From a virus (Duplodnaviria > Caudoviricetes): a stretch of 35,215 nt of DNA. Under the pieces are notes generated by a model. That model saw only the letters and a list, made by a program, of their open reading frames with translations. It searched no databases and had not been told where the DNA came from. The stretch's first letter is position 1. Each line of letters opens with the position of its first letter. The stretch spans positions 1 through 35,215 of IMG/VR virus record IMGVR_UViG_3300031519_000095; one strand, written 5' to 3'. The translations under genes and the position numbers were made by a program. Positions 1 through 10,678 of the stretch are shown here, in pieces.

Positions 1-1112
1 CAGATAATTCCGGTGGTACTGGAATGATCGAATTAGTAACCGGGCCATTGCCATTTGTCGAGGCTAAATTAATTATGGCTAAAACTCTAAAATGGATTAG
101 AGAAAATGGAAAGACTAATGACAGATGTTCTATCCATGTTAACATTGCTTTTGATGGGAAAAAACTAGGGCCTATTGTTAATATGTCTAAATTAGATATC
201 GGCAAATTTGTACTTAACTTTGATGAGAATAAAGTATATGAAGCATTTCCAAATAGAAGAGATTCAGTATACGCAAAATCAATAAAATTTATTGTGCCAT
301 TAAGCGGTATGACTCAATCATCACCAGAAAAAAATCTTTGGAAAAACTATATGTTTGTCAAAGAAAAATATTACGGTATTAATTTTGGAAAGGTGGCTAA
401 AGGTTATATTGAATTTAGATATTTAGGAGGTAAGGATTATGAAAAGAAATATTCTACTATTCTTTCAATGACTGAGCATTTTATTACTTCATTATATGAA
501 ACTTTAGTTAATCCGAAATATAGTGAATCTGATCTTAAGGTTTTAGATAAGATTCTAGAAAAGCATAAAACTGTTGTTGAATCTTATAGAACCTATTCTT
601 CATTTAAAGAAAAATTTCCAGACATCCACTTAATGATTGATCTTCAGACCTATGATCAAATCGTCGAATTGTATTATCCTAAAATTAGAGAAAAGATTTT
701 TGATTTAATTACGAGGGCTGATATGAATAAAGGGTTAATTAATTATGATGCTGATACAGGGAAAATACAAATCAAAGATGCTAAGCTAATGAGATGCTTT
801 GAGATAAGTGGTGTTGATATTGTTGATTCAGTTATCCAAGGTAATATTGTTAATTGCGATATCTTTGGTTGTGATTTAAAAAATTCATCTATATTTGAAT
901 CTAATCTTTTTGGTGCTACTATTGCTGAAGATTCTAAAATAGAAGAATCTTATGTAAGCAGAAATGTAATATGCCAAGATAGTTACGTATTTGGTAAAAG
1001 AGGAGTATTCAGTGGAGAAATGGAGGGTGGTATTTTTAGACAAGGCAGAGCAACAGAGCTGGCAAGATTTAGTGATACTACTGAAGTAATAGAAATAGAA
1101 AAAATTAAATAA
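1..1112 (+). CDS. Putative amidoligase (COOH-NH2 ligase type 2 / glutamine synthetase-fold), 5'-truncated, with a C-terminal beta-helix-like region
   Basis: The frame is open from the window edge (DNSGGTG precedes the M at 24). Family-like motifs: D-x-S...ELVTGPL, CSIHVN, KYYGIN and YIEFR. The C-terminus has short periodic I/V-x-D/N/E-S/C units. Confidence 0.7.
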   Translation, partial: DNSGGTGMIELVTGPLPFVEAKLIMAKTLKWIRENGKTNDRCSIHVNIAFDGKKLGPIVNMSKLDIGKFVLNFDENKVYEAFPNRRDSVYAKSIKFIVPLSGMTQSSPEKNLWKNYMFVKEKYYGINFGKVAKGYIEFRYLGGKDYEKKYSTILSMTEHFITSLYETLVNPKYSESDLKVLDKILEKHKTVVESYRTYSSFKEKFPDIHLMIDLQTYDQIVELYYPKIREKIFDLITRADMNKGLINYDADTGKIQIKDAKLMRCFEISGVDIVDSVIQGNIVNCDIFGCDLKNSSIFESNLFGATIAEDSKIEESYVSRNVICQDSYVFGKRGVFSGEMEGGIFRQGRATELARFSDTTEVIEIEKIK

Positions 1113-1116
1113 AGAT

Positions 1117-1983
1117 ATGGCTAGTAGTAAAAGTTGGTGTAACCCTGATTCACAGGAATGTTTAGACGCACTCATAAAGGAAATAAATGATGATCTAACT
1201 GTTGGGTGCCAAATACCTTTCACAGTACCTAAGAAAGAACTTGCTCATATTATTAGCAGGGCAAAAGATTACTTTTATAAAATATATGAGGATAGTGTTG
1301 AAGAAATGTTTATTGCATTACCTGCATCTGCTTGGGGTGAATCTGCGTTTAAGCAAGGGATTAGCCACAATAATACAACAGGGGCAACACCTAATGTGTT
1401 AACTGAGAGTGATGTTAATAATCCTAGGGGTGTTGTAAAAATGCCGTCGACTGTTTGGGCTGTTAATAATGTATTTCAAATAAACGGTTTTTCTGGGGAA
1501 GATGGTGGGTTTGGTGATAATTCATTTTCTGCTGGAGATGTAGATTTTTCATTAGATAAATTTATATACTCTGATGTATATGGTGCAGGTATTGGATCCG
1601 AAGACTTAATGTATTATGTAATTAATTCAAAATTCATAGATATGTCAAGACAAATTTTACAAGCTCAGATATCATATAACTATAATAGACTAACCAAGAA
1701 ATTTAGATTTATGGGAGAGTTACCTAAAAGGGGTGCATGTATATTTCAAGTTTATAATACTATTCCTGATTGTGATCTTTTCCAAGATGAAGCATTCATA
1801 AGATATTGTTGTGGTATGGCTAAAATTCAATTGGCTAGGATCGTAGGTACATTCCAATTTAACTTACCTGGTAATATTACGATTAATTATGATTTGATCT
1901 CTAGTGAAGGTAGAGAAGAAGTAGATAGAGTAGTCCAAGAGATAAAGGACGATGAAGGGGTAGATTACTTTTTCACAGGATAA
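1117..1983 (+). CDS. gp13: Neck (head-tail connector) protein, T4 gp13-like
   Basis: N-terminal helix HIISRAKDYFY. C-terminal QLARIVGTFQFNLPGNITINYD..EG.EE...FFTG resembles the gp13 LPGGxxxNG...FxxG ending. 288 aa, at the head of the structural module. Confidence 0.75.
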   Translation: MASSKSWCNPDSQECLDALIKEINDDLTVGCQIPFTVPKKELAHIISRAKDYFYKIYEDSVEEMFIALPASAWGESAFKQGISHNNTTGATPNVLTESDVNNPRGVVKMPSTVWAVNNVFQINGFSGEDGGFGDNSFSAGDVDFSLDKFIYSDVYGAGIGSEDLMYYVINSKFIDMSRQILQAQISYNYNRLTKKFRFMGELPKRGACIFQVYNTIPDCDLFQDEAFIRYCCGMAKIQLARIVGTFQFNLPGNITINYDLISSEGREEVDRVVQEIKDDEGVDYFFTG

Positions 1984-2014
1984 AATATAATCTAAGACCC
2001 TCAAAAAATTTGGA

Positions 2015-2024
2015 GAATATATAA
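2015..2024 (+). promoter_or_regulatory. Putative late promoter box (ATAWATAA)
   Basis: GAATATATAA ends 16 nt before the ATG at 2041. The same core recurs before several other genes and resembles the T4 late TATAAATA box. Confidence 0.5.
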
Positions 2025-2040
2025 TAAAAGAATATTCTCA

Positions 2041-2406
2041 ATGATAAAGGAAATATACAGTAGAGAAGTAGATGCACCAAAGTACAACGATGATATAATT
2101 GAGGTGACAGATCAATTACAGCAGCTCATCCTTAAGATAGAGAATTGTTTGTTTACAAGACAAGGTGATGTACTAGGTTCTCCTAATATGGGGTGTAATT
2201 TAGATGATCTTATCTTCTCTTTAGTTTTAAATGAATCTGTTATTGCTAAAAAAATTAGTAGCCAGATCCAAACATATTGTTTAAATAGTAGCAGTAGCCA
2301 ATTTGGTATAGATGTAAGAGTACAATTCTACAGTGTAGTAGAAAGAAATGGCTGTTTAGTAGATATTTACGTAAATGAGCAAAGAGTCATAGGAGCTTTG
2401 TTTTAA
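2041..2406 (+). CDS. gp25: Baseplate wedge / sheath initiator, gp25/GPW family
   Basis: IENCLFTRQGDVLGSPNMGCNLDDLIF fits the gp25 pattern L.T..GE....P.FG..L..LLF. 121 aa, directly before the gp6-like gene. Confidence 0.8.
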   Translation: MIKEIYSREVDAPKYNDDIIEVTDQLQQLILKIENCLFTRQGDVLGSPNMGCNLDDLIFSLVLNESVIAKKISSQIQTYCLNSSSSQFGIDVRVQFYSVVERNGCLVDIYVNEQRVIGALF

Positions 2407-2420
2407 AAATAAAATAATTA

Positions 2421-4277
2421 ATGTCATTTTTTAGTAAAACCAGAATTAAAGCAACAGAGTTATTCTTTGACGCGTTTCAATACTTACAGCGCCAATATGA
2501 CCAGTCCGGTGAAGTGTTTACACCTGCATCACCATTTGGACAGATACTTACTGTTGTTGCAAATTTAGGCGAGCTTATTTTATTTTATATTGAATCTGTT
2601 GCAACAGAATTAAATATTAGCAGAGCAAGAAATATTGAATCAATCTATGGGTTATCAAGATTAACAGGGCATGATCCTAGTAGAGGAATATCTGCACAAG
2701 GAATAATTGGATTAAGATTAAATACATCAGCCGCAAGTTTAGTTGAAGGAGATTATGTACAAATATTAAATTACTCTGCTGTAGAAGTAGGTCAAAATGG
2801 ATTACAGTATTTTATAAAATTTGATAGTGATTATATAAGGTTAGAAAAAACCACAAGGCAATTTGTGAATGTAGAATTAATACAAGGAAAGCGCGAAGAC
2901 CAGACATTTACTGGTACTGGTGAGCCTTTACAGAGTTATAATTTAATAACCAAGGAACCAACAGATCAATATATGGTTGATATCCATGTTGATGGTAAAT
3001 TATGGAAGAATGTAGATTCTCTATATGATATGAATAATAGAGAACAAGCTGCGATGGTAAAAACCGGTGTGAATGGTGGAATAACTTGTTTTTTTGGAAA
3101 TAATCAATTTGGTCAGCCTCCTGCGTTAGGTTCTATAATTAAAGTTACTTATGTTAAGACTAGAGGAACTGGTGGAAATATAGGAGGTAATAATCTAGAC
3201 ATTAAGTTTATTGATATAGGAACCGATCCTACTGGACAAGACATAGATTTAGATCAAGTATTATCATTAAATATTGTAAGAAACCCAATGTTTGGTTCTG
3301 ATAGTGAAGACCCTTCATTTACTAGATTAATTGCGCCATACCAAAGTAATTCATTTGTATTAGCTAATCCTAATAATTATATTTATTATTTGAGTAAATA
3401 TGATTTCTTTTCTTTCGTAGATGCGTATAATACAAAAGACGATCAGTATTTAGATGATGATAATGTTATATACTTATTTCTTATTCCTGATATTGCAAAG
3501 AAGATAACAAGTGATTTAGATTATTTTAGTATACCTGCTAATGAATTTACAATGACTGCTGATGAAAAGGAAATGGTATATGATATATTAAATAAAAGTG
3601 GAAGACAGCTTGTCACAGCTGAAGTTAGAATTAATGATCCTGTAATTAAAAGATATGCATTAAATATTGTTGTAAGATATGTTGAAGGATTTGATAAAGA
3701 TGCAATACATGCAGAAATAAGAGAGCAACTCAGTACATATTTTATATACATTAACAGAAGAGATAGAATTCCAAGATCAGATATTATTTCAATCGTAGAA
3801 AATGTAGATGGTATAGATTCCGTAAATGTGTTCTTTATTTCTGAAGAAAATGAAAAAGCTATAGCTGAAGGATTTTATGAAGTGCCTGTATATGGAACAG
3901 ATCCAGTAACAGATCAAAGAGTGCTAATAGAAACTAAAAAAGTAGAACTTAAGGTAGATGAAGATCCACAATTAGGCTTGGATGAATTTGGCGATGTCGT
4001 AATTGGTCCGGAGGAGTTAGCAATTATAAGAGGTGGTTGGGATGATAGAAACGAAACTTTTTATGAAGCAATACCTAATAAGAATACTGTAAGTTCTCTT
4101 AATATATTCTTTAAAGGAACAATACCAAACAATCTATACAATAAAACTCAGCAAACCAAGTTTAATGATCTTAAGAGAAGTAGAGGAACTACAATTGCAA
4201 CATCAGGTAATTCAAGAAGCACAAATACTGGTAGGCTAAAAGATAATCCTACATTAAAAACACTACAGGGAAAGTAA
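2421..4277 (+). CDS. gp6: Baseplate wedge subunit, T4 gp6 / Baseplate-J-like
   Basis: Motifs ELNISRARNIESIYGLSRLTGHDP, GTGEPLQSY, FFGNNQFGQPP, VTYVKTRGTGGN, GSDSED and SDIISIVENVDGIDSV. 618 aa. Confidence 0.85.
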   Translation: MSFFSKTRIKATELFFDAFQYLQRQYDQSGEVFTPASPFGQILTVVANLGELILFYIESVATELNISRARNIESIYGLSRLTGHDPSRGISAQGIIGLRLNTSAASLVEGDYVQILNYSAVEVGQNGLQYFIKFDSDYIRLEKTTRQFVNVELIQGKREDQTFTGTGEPLQSYNLITKEPTDQYMVDIHVDGKLWKNVDSLYDMNNREQAAMVKTGVNGGITCFFGNNQFGQPPALGSIIKVTYVKTRGTGGNIGGNNLDIKFIDIGTDPTGQDIDLDQVLSLNIVRNPMFGSDSEDPSFTRLIAPYQSNSFVLANPNNYIYYLSKYDFFSFVDAYNTKDDQYLDDDNVIYLFLIPDIAKKITSDLDYFSIPANEFTMTADEKEMVYDILNKSGRQLVTAEVRINDPVIKRYALNIVVRYVEGFDKDAIHAEIREQLSTYFIYINRRDRIPRSDIISIVENVDGIDSVNVFFISEENEKAIAEGFYEVPVYGTDPVTDQRVLIETKKVELKVDEDPQLGLDEFGDVVIGPEELAIIRGGWDDRNETFYEAIPNKNTVSSLNIFFKGTIPNNLYNKTQQTKFNDLKRSRGTTIATSGNSRSTNTGRLKDNPTLKTLQGK

Positions 4278-4278
4278 T

Positions 4279-4548
4279 ATGAATAAATTTACGGAGAGAA
4301 GAACTGGAATGCCTAGTATCTATAAAGCTACTTATGAGGATGGGTGGGAGCTTAAAAATTTAGGTAATGATTATAATGAAAATTTAATGAAGAATTCTTT
4401 TTCTAATTATATGTTTAGGAATGCAAGGCTTGGTAGTTTTATTGAATTTTACTTAAAACCTATTATGACATTTTGGATTAATAAAGTAAAATATTTAAGA
4501 ATATTTTATAACTTTGGAGTGCCTAAAGATTATCAAAAAATAAACTAA
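4279..4548 (+). CDS. Small baseplate-associated hypothetical protein
   Basis: 89 aa, separated by 1 nt from both neighbours. Helical, aromatic-rich sequence. Confidence 0.55.
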   Translation: MNKFTERRTGMPSIYKATYEDGWELKNLGNDYNENLMKNSFSNYMFRNARLGSFIEFYLKPIMTFWINKVKYLRIFYNFGVPKDYQKIN

Positions 4549-4549
4549 G

Positions 4550-7500
4550 ATGGCTAATAATTGGCAACATTTAAATTTCTTTGACAAGAACGGCAAGTAT
4601 TATAATTTTGATTATGATTATTCTTCTGATAAATGGACAGGTACTGTTTACTTGCCTGAAGTTTCTATAGGTTTATTTGAAGTTGGGCAGTTATTTATAT
4701 TAGAGGAATTCATTGATAAAAATACTAATGCAAAGAAATTTGGATTCCCACATGGCATAGAAGTTGCAACTGGGACAACTGGATCTACAAATGGAGTCTG
4801 TAATTGGAATGCAGAATGGCAAACTACCGATCCTACTGAAATATTTTTATTTCAATTTAATATGAATTTTAATTCTGGTACCCAGACATCTTTGGAATTA
4901 GAGCCTGATGGGCCGCCACTACAAGTCATAACCGAATTAGAAATACCACTAGGATCTGATCCTACTGAAACCGTTAACCCAGAAGGGTATACTATTACTG
5001 ATATTATTGAATCCGAGGCATTGCAGATTAACTTTGCGATTAGGTCAGAAACAGAAAATACGTTTAAGCGAACATTATTAATTAAAGATGATTGTACTGG
5101 TAATGTTATTGCTGAAATATTAGTATGGGGTGAGACTGTCGGTGAGGATGAAAGATTACGAATCATGACTCAAAATATGGGCTATAATATTTTAGAGTCT
5201 GATAGTAGTGTATTTAGAGATACTAACATAAAAGAGATATTACCTAACTTTGAAGAAGTCAATTTAAAGAGAAAGGAAATAATGATGGAGGGTTCTAATA
5301 TCTATCCTTTTATCGGTTCTTATAAAGGTTTAATAAATGCAATAAAATTCTTTGGTTATGATACATTAAAGGTTAAAGAATTTTGGAGAAATGTAGACGC
5401 AAATTCTCCAATGTTTGGTAAGTATATACAAAGTAATGCTATTTCAATACTTGATCCTATTGTTCAATTAAATGATAAAGAAATTACATTACCTAATAAG
5501 AGATTTAGAAAAACAAGTTTATTTAGTTTAGTGTATAAAATTAATGAAATTGTACCTGATAAATTTACTGATGAAGATTTACCTATAACAGAAGAGGTTT
5601 ATGATTTTACTATTGAAGAAATTTTAATTAAGTTATTTGGATTAAAGAAAAAGTTAGAAAATGAATTTTTACCACTTAATGCTAGAATAAAAGATATAAC
5701 AGGAGAAGCAGATTTCTTTGGGTTACTTGAAGTGGTAAATACAAATAGTAGAAATAAGAAAGATGAAATAGTTGCAGGTATAGATACTAATTTTAAATTG
5801 TCTACTGATGATTGTATCTACATGGACGATCTCAGGTCATTTAGTTCATTTTGTTTAGCATCAGAAGCAATAGTAAATGAAGCTATATTAAATTTTTGTA
5901 ATGCATATATTTCCCCATTGACTGGAAACGAAGCAATTGGTAGAAATTTAGTACTAGGGCCAATTTCAACAGGTGAAGTTTATCCACCAGCACCAGTAGG
6001 ACCAGATCCTAATAGTCCACTAGGTTCATTGTATGATGGTAATAATACTACAGTATCTGCTTTGGCTGATGCGTTTCTTGCTTACTTTACAAGATATGCC
6101 CCTAATCTTAGTAGGGTCGGTGCTTGGCCAGATGGAAAGTCTTCATATTATTTACCGGACAAACCTGGCATACCTGTTGGTGCAATGACGGTTTTAGAAA
6201 ACACTTCATTTAATAATATAACTTGGAATAATGTAGATTCAACATGGGATCAGCTAAATAATGCAAATACATTTTTTACATTTGACATTGATCCACAGGG
6301 TGTTGCTGCAGGGGATGTTTTTACTGTTAATGATCCTGGTACAAATACGGGTGCTACTTACACTGCACAGGTAGGTGATACTGATACAGAAGTTAGAGAT
6401 GCTTTATACAATCAATTATCTGCACTAAAGAATTCATTTACTGAACCGTGGGTGTATTTTGATATATCTAAAGTCAACGTAGTCACTGGGGATGTTATTA
6501 GGCTGTTTGGGCAGAACCTAAATAAACTAAAAGTTACATGCGACTCTATATATGGTTCACAATTATTATTTAATCAATTACCTGGAGAGACTCTGTTTAC
6601 ATGGGGCGGTATAGAAAAAGGAAACTTTGATGAGATAGAGTGGACTATTTATAAAGATGCTAATGATAATACTCCTGCATATTATAAAGTATATAGAGGC
6701 CCTCTTTCCCAATATAATAAATTACCATTAATACTACCTTATGTTGGAACATATAGTGTAGAAATGAAGCTATATGACTTGTATAACAATATATCATCTA
6801 ATGTTAAACCTGATTTTATTTGTGTTGATAACAGAGAGGTAGAATATTCCGGGTGGTATCAATCAAGAAAATCTAATTATACCTGGTCCAGTGAAGGTAA
6901 ATATTTATGGAATGATTATGGTTCATTGTGGAATTTACCTATTGAACCTGCTATAACATGGGATGAGGAAACTCCTGGCTTATATTCTTCACTAGATAGA
7001 GTAAATGCTATCCTTAATAATTTTGGATTAGGTACTTCACCAGATTTTCAATTATTAAATTACCAGGATGACGGTAAAGCTAGTTTTTCTGGACCTTATA
7101 GATGGGATAATTTAAATACAGGTGGGTGGAACGATACTTATCATCTATGGTGGGATATGACTAGCACAACTGGTGATACTCCTGCATTTTTTCAATTTAA
7201 AGAAGTTGAGCCAGAAACTTATCTTAAGATAACCGATGTTAATGGCGAAACTGCAGAACATTATTTTGATTCAACTACCACTACATTAGCACAAGCAGCA
7301 GCAGGATTAAATACTAGTACAAATAGAATTATTAATAAGTATGTTTATAACGTAGTTTATGACGCGAGTAGTAATCAAAAATTTGTACAGGCAGTGTGTA
7401 GGTATTTTGGGGTACATGGCGATTGGAAGTATCTTGATATTGTATATGCTAATGGTGATAGAGCATGCCCATCAACTGGTGTAACTGGTGCGCCGTTCCC

Positions 7501-7840
7501 AACAGGGGCGACAGGCTGTCCTAGTTTAATTTATAGGAAAGGTTTAAGCAAATCCAGTAACCCAACTTGGAATACTGCTAAATTTATAAACAATGGTAAG
7601 ACAATGCCAAAAATGACATGGTTTATGTTTGTTTATGATAAGTGTAAGATTCCAGGTAAAGCCAATCCTAGATGGATTATCAAAAATACAACTAACTCTA
7701 AGATAGCTGATATATATTTTGATAGTAAATACTTAACATATCTGTTTAAGGAATCTGGTAAATATGAGATTACTCTTGAACTCACAGATACAAATGGGAA
7801 TAAATATAAAAAGGGTAGAAATATCCTAGTAATAAAATAA
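4550..7840 (+). CDS. Large baseplate wedge protein (gp7 / P2 gpI-like) with PKD/Ig-like domains
   Basis: IGSYKGLINAIKFFGY resembles the gpI/gp7 'GT..gl...l...G' motif. Trp repeats (TWNNVDSTWDQL, WDNLNTGGWND). PKD-like ends VGTYSVEMKLYD and ESGKYEITLELTD. Confidence 0.6.
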   Translation: MANNWQHLNFFDKNGKYYNFDYDYSSDKWTGTVYLPEVSIGLFEVGQLFILEEFIDKNTNAKKFGFPHGIEVATGTTGSTNGVCNWNAEWQTTDPTEIFLFQFNMNFNSGTQTSLELEPDGPPLQVITELEIPLGSDPTETVNPEGYTITDIIESEALQINFAIRSETENTFKRTLLIKDDCTGNVIAEILVWGETVGEDERLRIMTQNMGYNILESDSSVFRDTNIKEILPNFEEVNLKRKEIMMEGSNIYPFIGSYKGLINAIKFFGYDTLKVKEFWRNVDANSPMFGKYIQSNAISILDPIVQLNDKEITLPNKRFRKTSLFSLVYKINEIVPDKFTDEDLPITEEVYDFTIEEILIKLFGLKKKLENEFLPLNARIKDITGEADFFGLLEVVNTNSRNKKDEIVAGIDTNFKLSTDDCIYMDDLRSFSSFCLASEAIVNEAILNFCNAYISPLTGNEAIGRNLVLGPISTGEVYPPAPVGPDPNSPLGSLYDGNNTTVSALADAFLAYFTRYAPNLSRVGAWPDGKSSYYLPDKPGIPVGAMTVLENTSFNNITWNNVDSTWDQLNNANTFFTFDIDPQGVAAGDVFTVNDPGTNTGATYTAQVGDTDTEVRDALYNQLSALKNSFTEPWVYFDISKVNVVTGDVIRLFGQNLNKLKVTCDSIYGSQLLFNQLPGETLFTWGGIEKGNFDEIEWTIYKDANDNTPAYYKVYRGPLSQYNKLPLILPYVGTYSVEMKLYDLYNNISSNVKPDFICVDNREVEYSGWYQSRKSNYTWSSEGKYLWNDYGSLWNLPIEPAITWDEETPGLYSSLDRVNAILNNFGLGTSPDFQLLNYQDDGKASFSGPYRWDNLNTGGWNDTYHLWWDMTSTTGDTPAFFQFKEVEPETYLKITDVNGETAEHYFDSTTTTLAQAAAGLNTSTNRIINKYVYNVVYDASSNQKFVQAVCRYFGVHGDWKYLDIVYANGDRACPSTGVTGAPFPTGATGCPSLIYRKGLSKSSNPTWNTAKFINNGKTMPKMTWFMFVYDKCKIPGKANPRWIIKNTTNSKIADIYFDSKYLTYLFKESGKYEITLELTDTNGNKYKKGRNILVIK

Positions 7841-7863
7841 CTAATGAAAAATAAAATTAAAAC

Positions 7864-8517
7864 ATGGCTATATCAGTAACAGAAATTCTTGGGACAGATT
7901 CATTATCCGGCTCTAGGTTAGTATTGAATGACAACTTCAATATTTTAACAAGTGAAATCAATGCAATGGAGGTTTACATTAATCCAACGGCAGGTACAAT
8001 TAACAATCTTAATAATCTTCAAACCGAGGCGTTAAGAGTTGGCTTAAGCACTATATTATTAGATATTAATGCTTCTACTTTTGATGTTCTAACTAACGTT
8101 AATATGACAGGTAACCTTAACCTTAACGGAGGAGGTTTATTTAGAAATGACGTAAATGTAACCACTTTAAATGATACTACTGCTGCAGGCAGTAGTTTAA
8201 TTAATGTAGGTGGTACTGGAACAATACCAGGCTCGAGTATATATAGAGTTGGTAATTCATTAGGGACAACACTTACACTCCAGGTATATAATGGGGCAAT
8301 TGGTCAAGAAATATTCTTTACTTATTCAGAAGCACAAACTGGTGTAATTAGTATTGCTAGCCCAACAGGATCATTAGTATTACCTGGTACTACGCCTAAT
8401 AACACTAAAATTAATTTAGCTGCTATAGGGCAAACTGCACACTTATTATGTGTTGATCGTGGAGATGGAAATGGGGTTTGGTTCTTGGTTGGTGGAGCTG
8501 GGTATACAATAGCTTAA
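7864..8517 (+). CDS. Virion structural protein (baseplate/fibre-associated, gp9/gp10-like N-terminal motif)
   Basis: N-terminus DSLSGSRLVLNDNFNIL, followed by a G/T/N-rich beta-type body. Confidence 0.5.
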   Translation: MAISVTEILGTDSLSGSRLVLNDNFNILTSEINAMEVYINPTAGTINNLNNLQTEALRVGLSTILLDINASTFDVLTNVNMTGNLNLNGGGLFRNDVNVTTLNDTTAAGSSLINVGGTGTIPGSSIYRVGNSLGTTLTLQVYNGAIGQEIFFTYSEAQTGVISIASPTGSLVLPGTTPNNTKINLAAIGQTAHLLCVDRGDGNGVWFLVGGAGYTIA

Positions 8518-8535
8518 TAAAAAGAAAACAGATAC

Positions 8536-10653
8536 ATGGCAACTACGCCTTTAATTAAAACGCCGCAGGCTGATGGAGGTACATTTTATACCTTCTCTTC
8601 TTCTGCGAGAGATCTTTCAAAGACTCTTAATAATGATCAACTTAAATTGGTCTTTTCTAAGTTTGTGCTTTTAAATATTCCAGACTTTGATGGGCTTCCT
8701 TACCCAGGTTTTGGATCAAATCAGAATTACATGCAATTTGATACTATTGATGGTATGATTGCTAGTGGCGGGAATGCAGCTGATCCTAATGTTAACTTTA
8801 CACAAAGTCTTCAGAATTACGCACTGAACTTAGAAGAGTTAATAATTAGTGATACTTCTTATGATAATACAACACAGAGATCTGTTGCAGAGCGAGTATT
8901 CTTTAAATGGATGAAAGAGACTGGTTCGATGAGGTTTAGACCTGCTACTAATCTTGAAAAAAATCCTGGAGTTTCTCGGCCTTTATTTGTAGAAGAGGAT
9001 ACTGTGCTAACCGGGAGTACTCAGTATAGAAGAGTTGTACAATATGTTGGTGATATTGATATTGTAAATAATGTAGATAAAGCAGGAGAAGCTTATACTG
9101 AACTTTATATTAACGTGCCTACTGAAGTTGGTGGAACTCCAACTATTTTATTTGATTCTATTTCTGATGCCAATTATCAACCAAGTTTAACAATACGAGG
9201 CAAAGATGAATATATTTTAGGTCGTGGTATTAATACTATACACCCACAAGGATTAGACACTTTCGCATTCTATGATTATGACCAGCCTTTAGCTGGCCCT
9301 CCAATAAATGGTGGGTATACTGATCCTAATGCAAATTGGATGAATGAACCTAACCCTCCTACTTCGGTAGATTCTTATTTTACTGAACCTATCACCTTCA
9401 CAAATTCTGCTAGTGTACCTATAAGAAAATATCCTGCAGATTACGGTAACCCTGCAAATTTTAGTGGTGTTACTTATGTAAGATCTGAATTAGATGGAAT
9501 CAGTGTTGATTTTACACCAAACGATTATGAGCAAATTATAACCGATCCTAGTATTTCAACGATTCCACAATTTAATGGAACTGATCTATCTAATACTTTT
9601 GAATTTAATGCGGTATTAGTTTACTATGATATGGTAGACACTAGTAATGCTGCAAATACAGTTACAAATCTTTATGGTATTTTACTTGTAGATAATATTA
9701 CACCAACCACGGATGGTGGCTTCATTCAGAGATATCCTAAATATAAACCTAATAAGGTAACAGGACAAAATGGAAACAGTTATGGATTTAAAATCAATTT
9801 ACGGTTTGATGCTTCACCTGGAACATCAGGTATAGACACAATCGTCAATGACTATAATACATTTTCAATGCAGCTCTTTAGTGAAGCAACTGCACAATTA
9901 CAAGAATCTGCAAAAATATTTCAGAACCAACAGTTAGAAATATCTACATTAGATCAAAAGGTTCAAGTATTAGAAAATCAAATAACTAATGTTGCTGATG
10001 TGACTTCTCTACAAGCACAAATCACCAGTGTACAAAATCAACTTGATAATGCAAATCTTGCATTTGCAAACGGTACAGTATTACTTGATCTTATTGCAAA
10101 AAATTCAGATGAGATACAAGGGTTGGCTCAAGGTAACGTACCAATTTCGTTACAATATAATACAGATGTAGTTAGGCAAGGGACAGGTATTACAGTAGAT
10201 ACTAATACACCTAATATAATTACTATTTCATTAGATTCACAAGAATATAATTTTAATGTACCTTTTAATAGCGATGAGGTACAAATAACAACAACTAATC
10301 CGTTAAACTTAAATCAAGCAATACCCCAAGTGTTTACTTCATTAAGAACTTATACTAACATGTTAAGATTAGATACAGTTAATGAGGCCGGAGGGGACTT
10401 AAATATTTATATTAATGATACTAGTGTACAGTGGAAAACTGGGCAGGTTTTAAGACTAGTATTTAATAATGAGTTAAATATAGGCTCTAGGAATATTAGA
10501 ATTTGGACTGATGCAACAGATAGGTTAGGTGCAGGTTCTTATGGAATATCTATAGGTGTAATTACTAATGCTGATATATCTAAAAATCCTATTATTGAAT
10601 TTATATGTACTGAGCAAGGTGTGTTAGATTTTGTATATGATATAATTAAATAA
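8536..10653 (+). CDS. Virion structural protein with a coiled-coil segment
   Basis: 705 aa, N/T/D-rich. Heptad region ISTLDQKVQVLENQITNVADVTSLQAQITSVQNQLDN. Lies inside the tail module. Confidence 0.55.
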   Translation: MATTPLIKTPQADGGTFYTFSSSARDLSKTLNNDQLKLVFSKFVLLNIPDFDGLPYPGFGSNQNYMQFDTIDGMIASGGNAADPNVNFTQSLQNYALNLEELIISDTSYDNTTQRSVAERVFFKWMKETGSMRFRPATNLEKNPGVSRPLFVEEDTVLTGSTQYRRVVQYVGDIDIVNNVDKAGEAYTELYINVPTEVGGTPTILFDSISDANYQPSLTIRGKDEYILGRGINTIHPQGLDTFAFYDYDQPLAGPPINGGYTDPNANWMNEPNPPTSVDSYFTEPITFTNSASVPIRKYPADYGNPANFSGVTYVRSELDGISVDFTPNDYEQIITDPSISTIPQFNGTDLSNTFEFNAVLVYYDMVDTSNAANTVTNLYGILLVDNITPTTDGGFIQRYPKYKPNKVTGQNGNSYGFKINLRFDASPGTSGIDTIVNDYNTFSMQLFSEATAQLQESAKIFQNQQLEISTLDQKVQVLENQITNVADVTSLQAQITSVQNQLDNANLAFANGTVLLDLIAKNSDEIQGLAQGNVPISLQYNTDVVRQGTGITVDTNTPNIITISLDSQEYNFNVPFNSDEVQITTTNPLNLNQAIPQVFTSLRTYTNMLRLDTVNEAGGDLNIYINDTSVQWKTGQVLRLVFNNELNIGSRNIRIWTDATDRLGAGSYGISIGVITNADISKNPIIEFICTEQGVLDFVYDIIK

Positions 10654-10657
10654 ATAA
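10648..10657 (+). promoter_or_regulatory. Putative late promoter box (ATAWATAA)
   Basis: AAATAAATAA overlaps the previous stop codon and ends 21 nt before the ATG at 10679. Confidence 0.35.
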
Positions 10658-10678
10658 TAAAAGAAAGAATACAAATAG

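Noticed and set aside
4275-4552. Programmed frameshift or split gene joining gp6, the 89-aa ORF and the 1096-aa ORF
   Set aside because: Each ORF has its own ATG 1 nt after a TAA, and I saw no slippery heptamer at the junctions. Translational coupling explains the layout.
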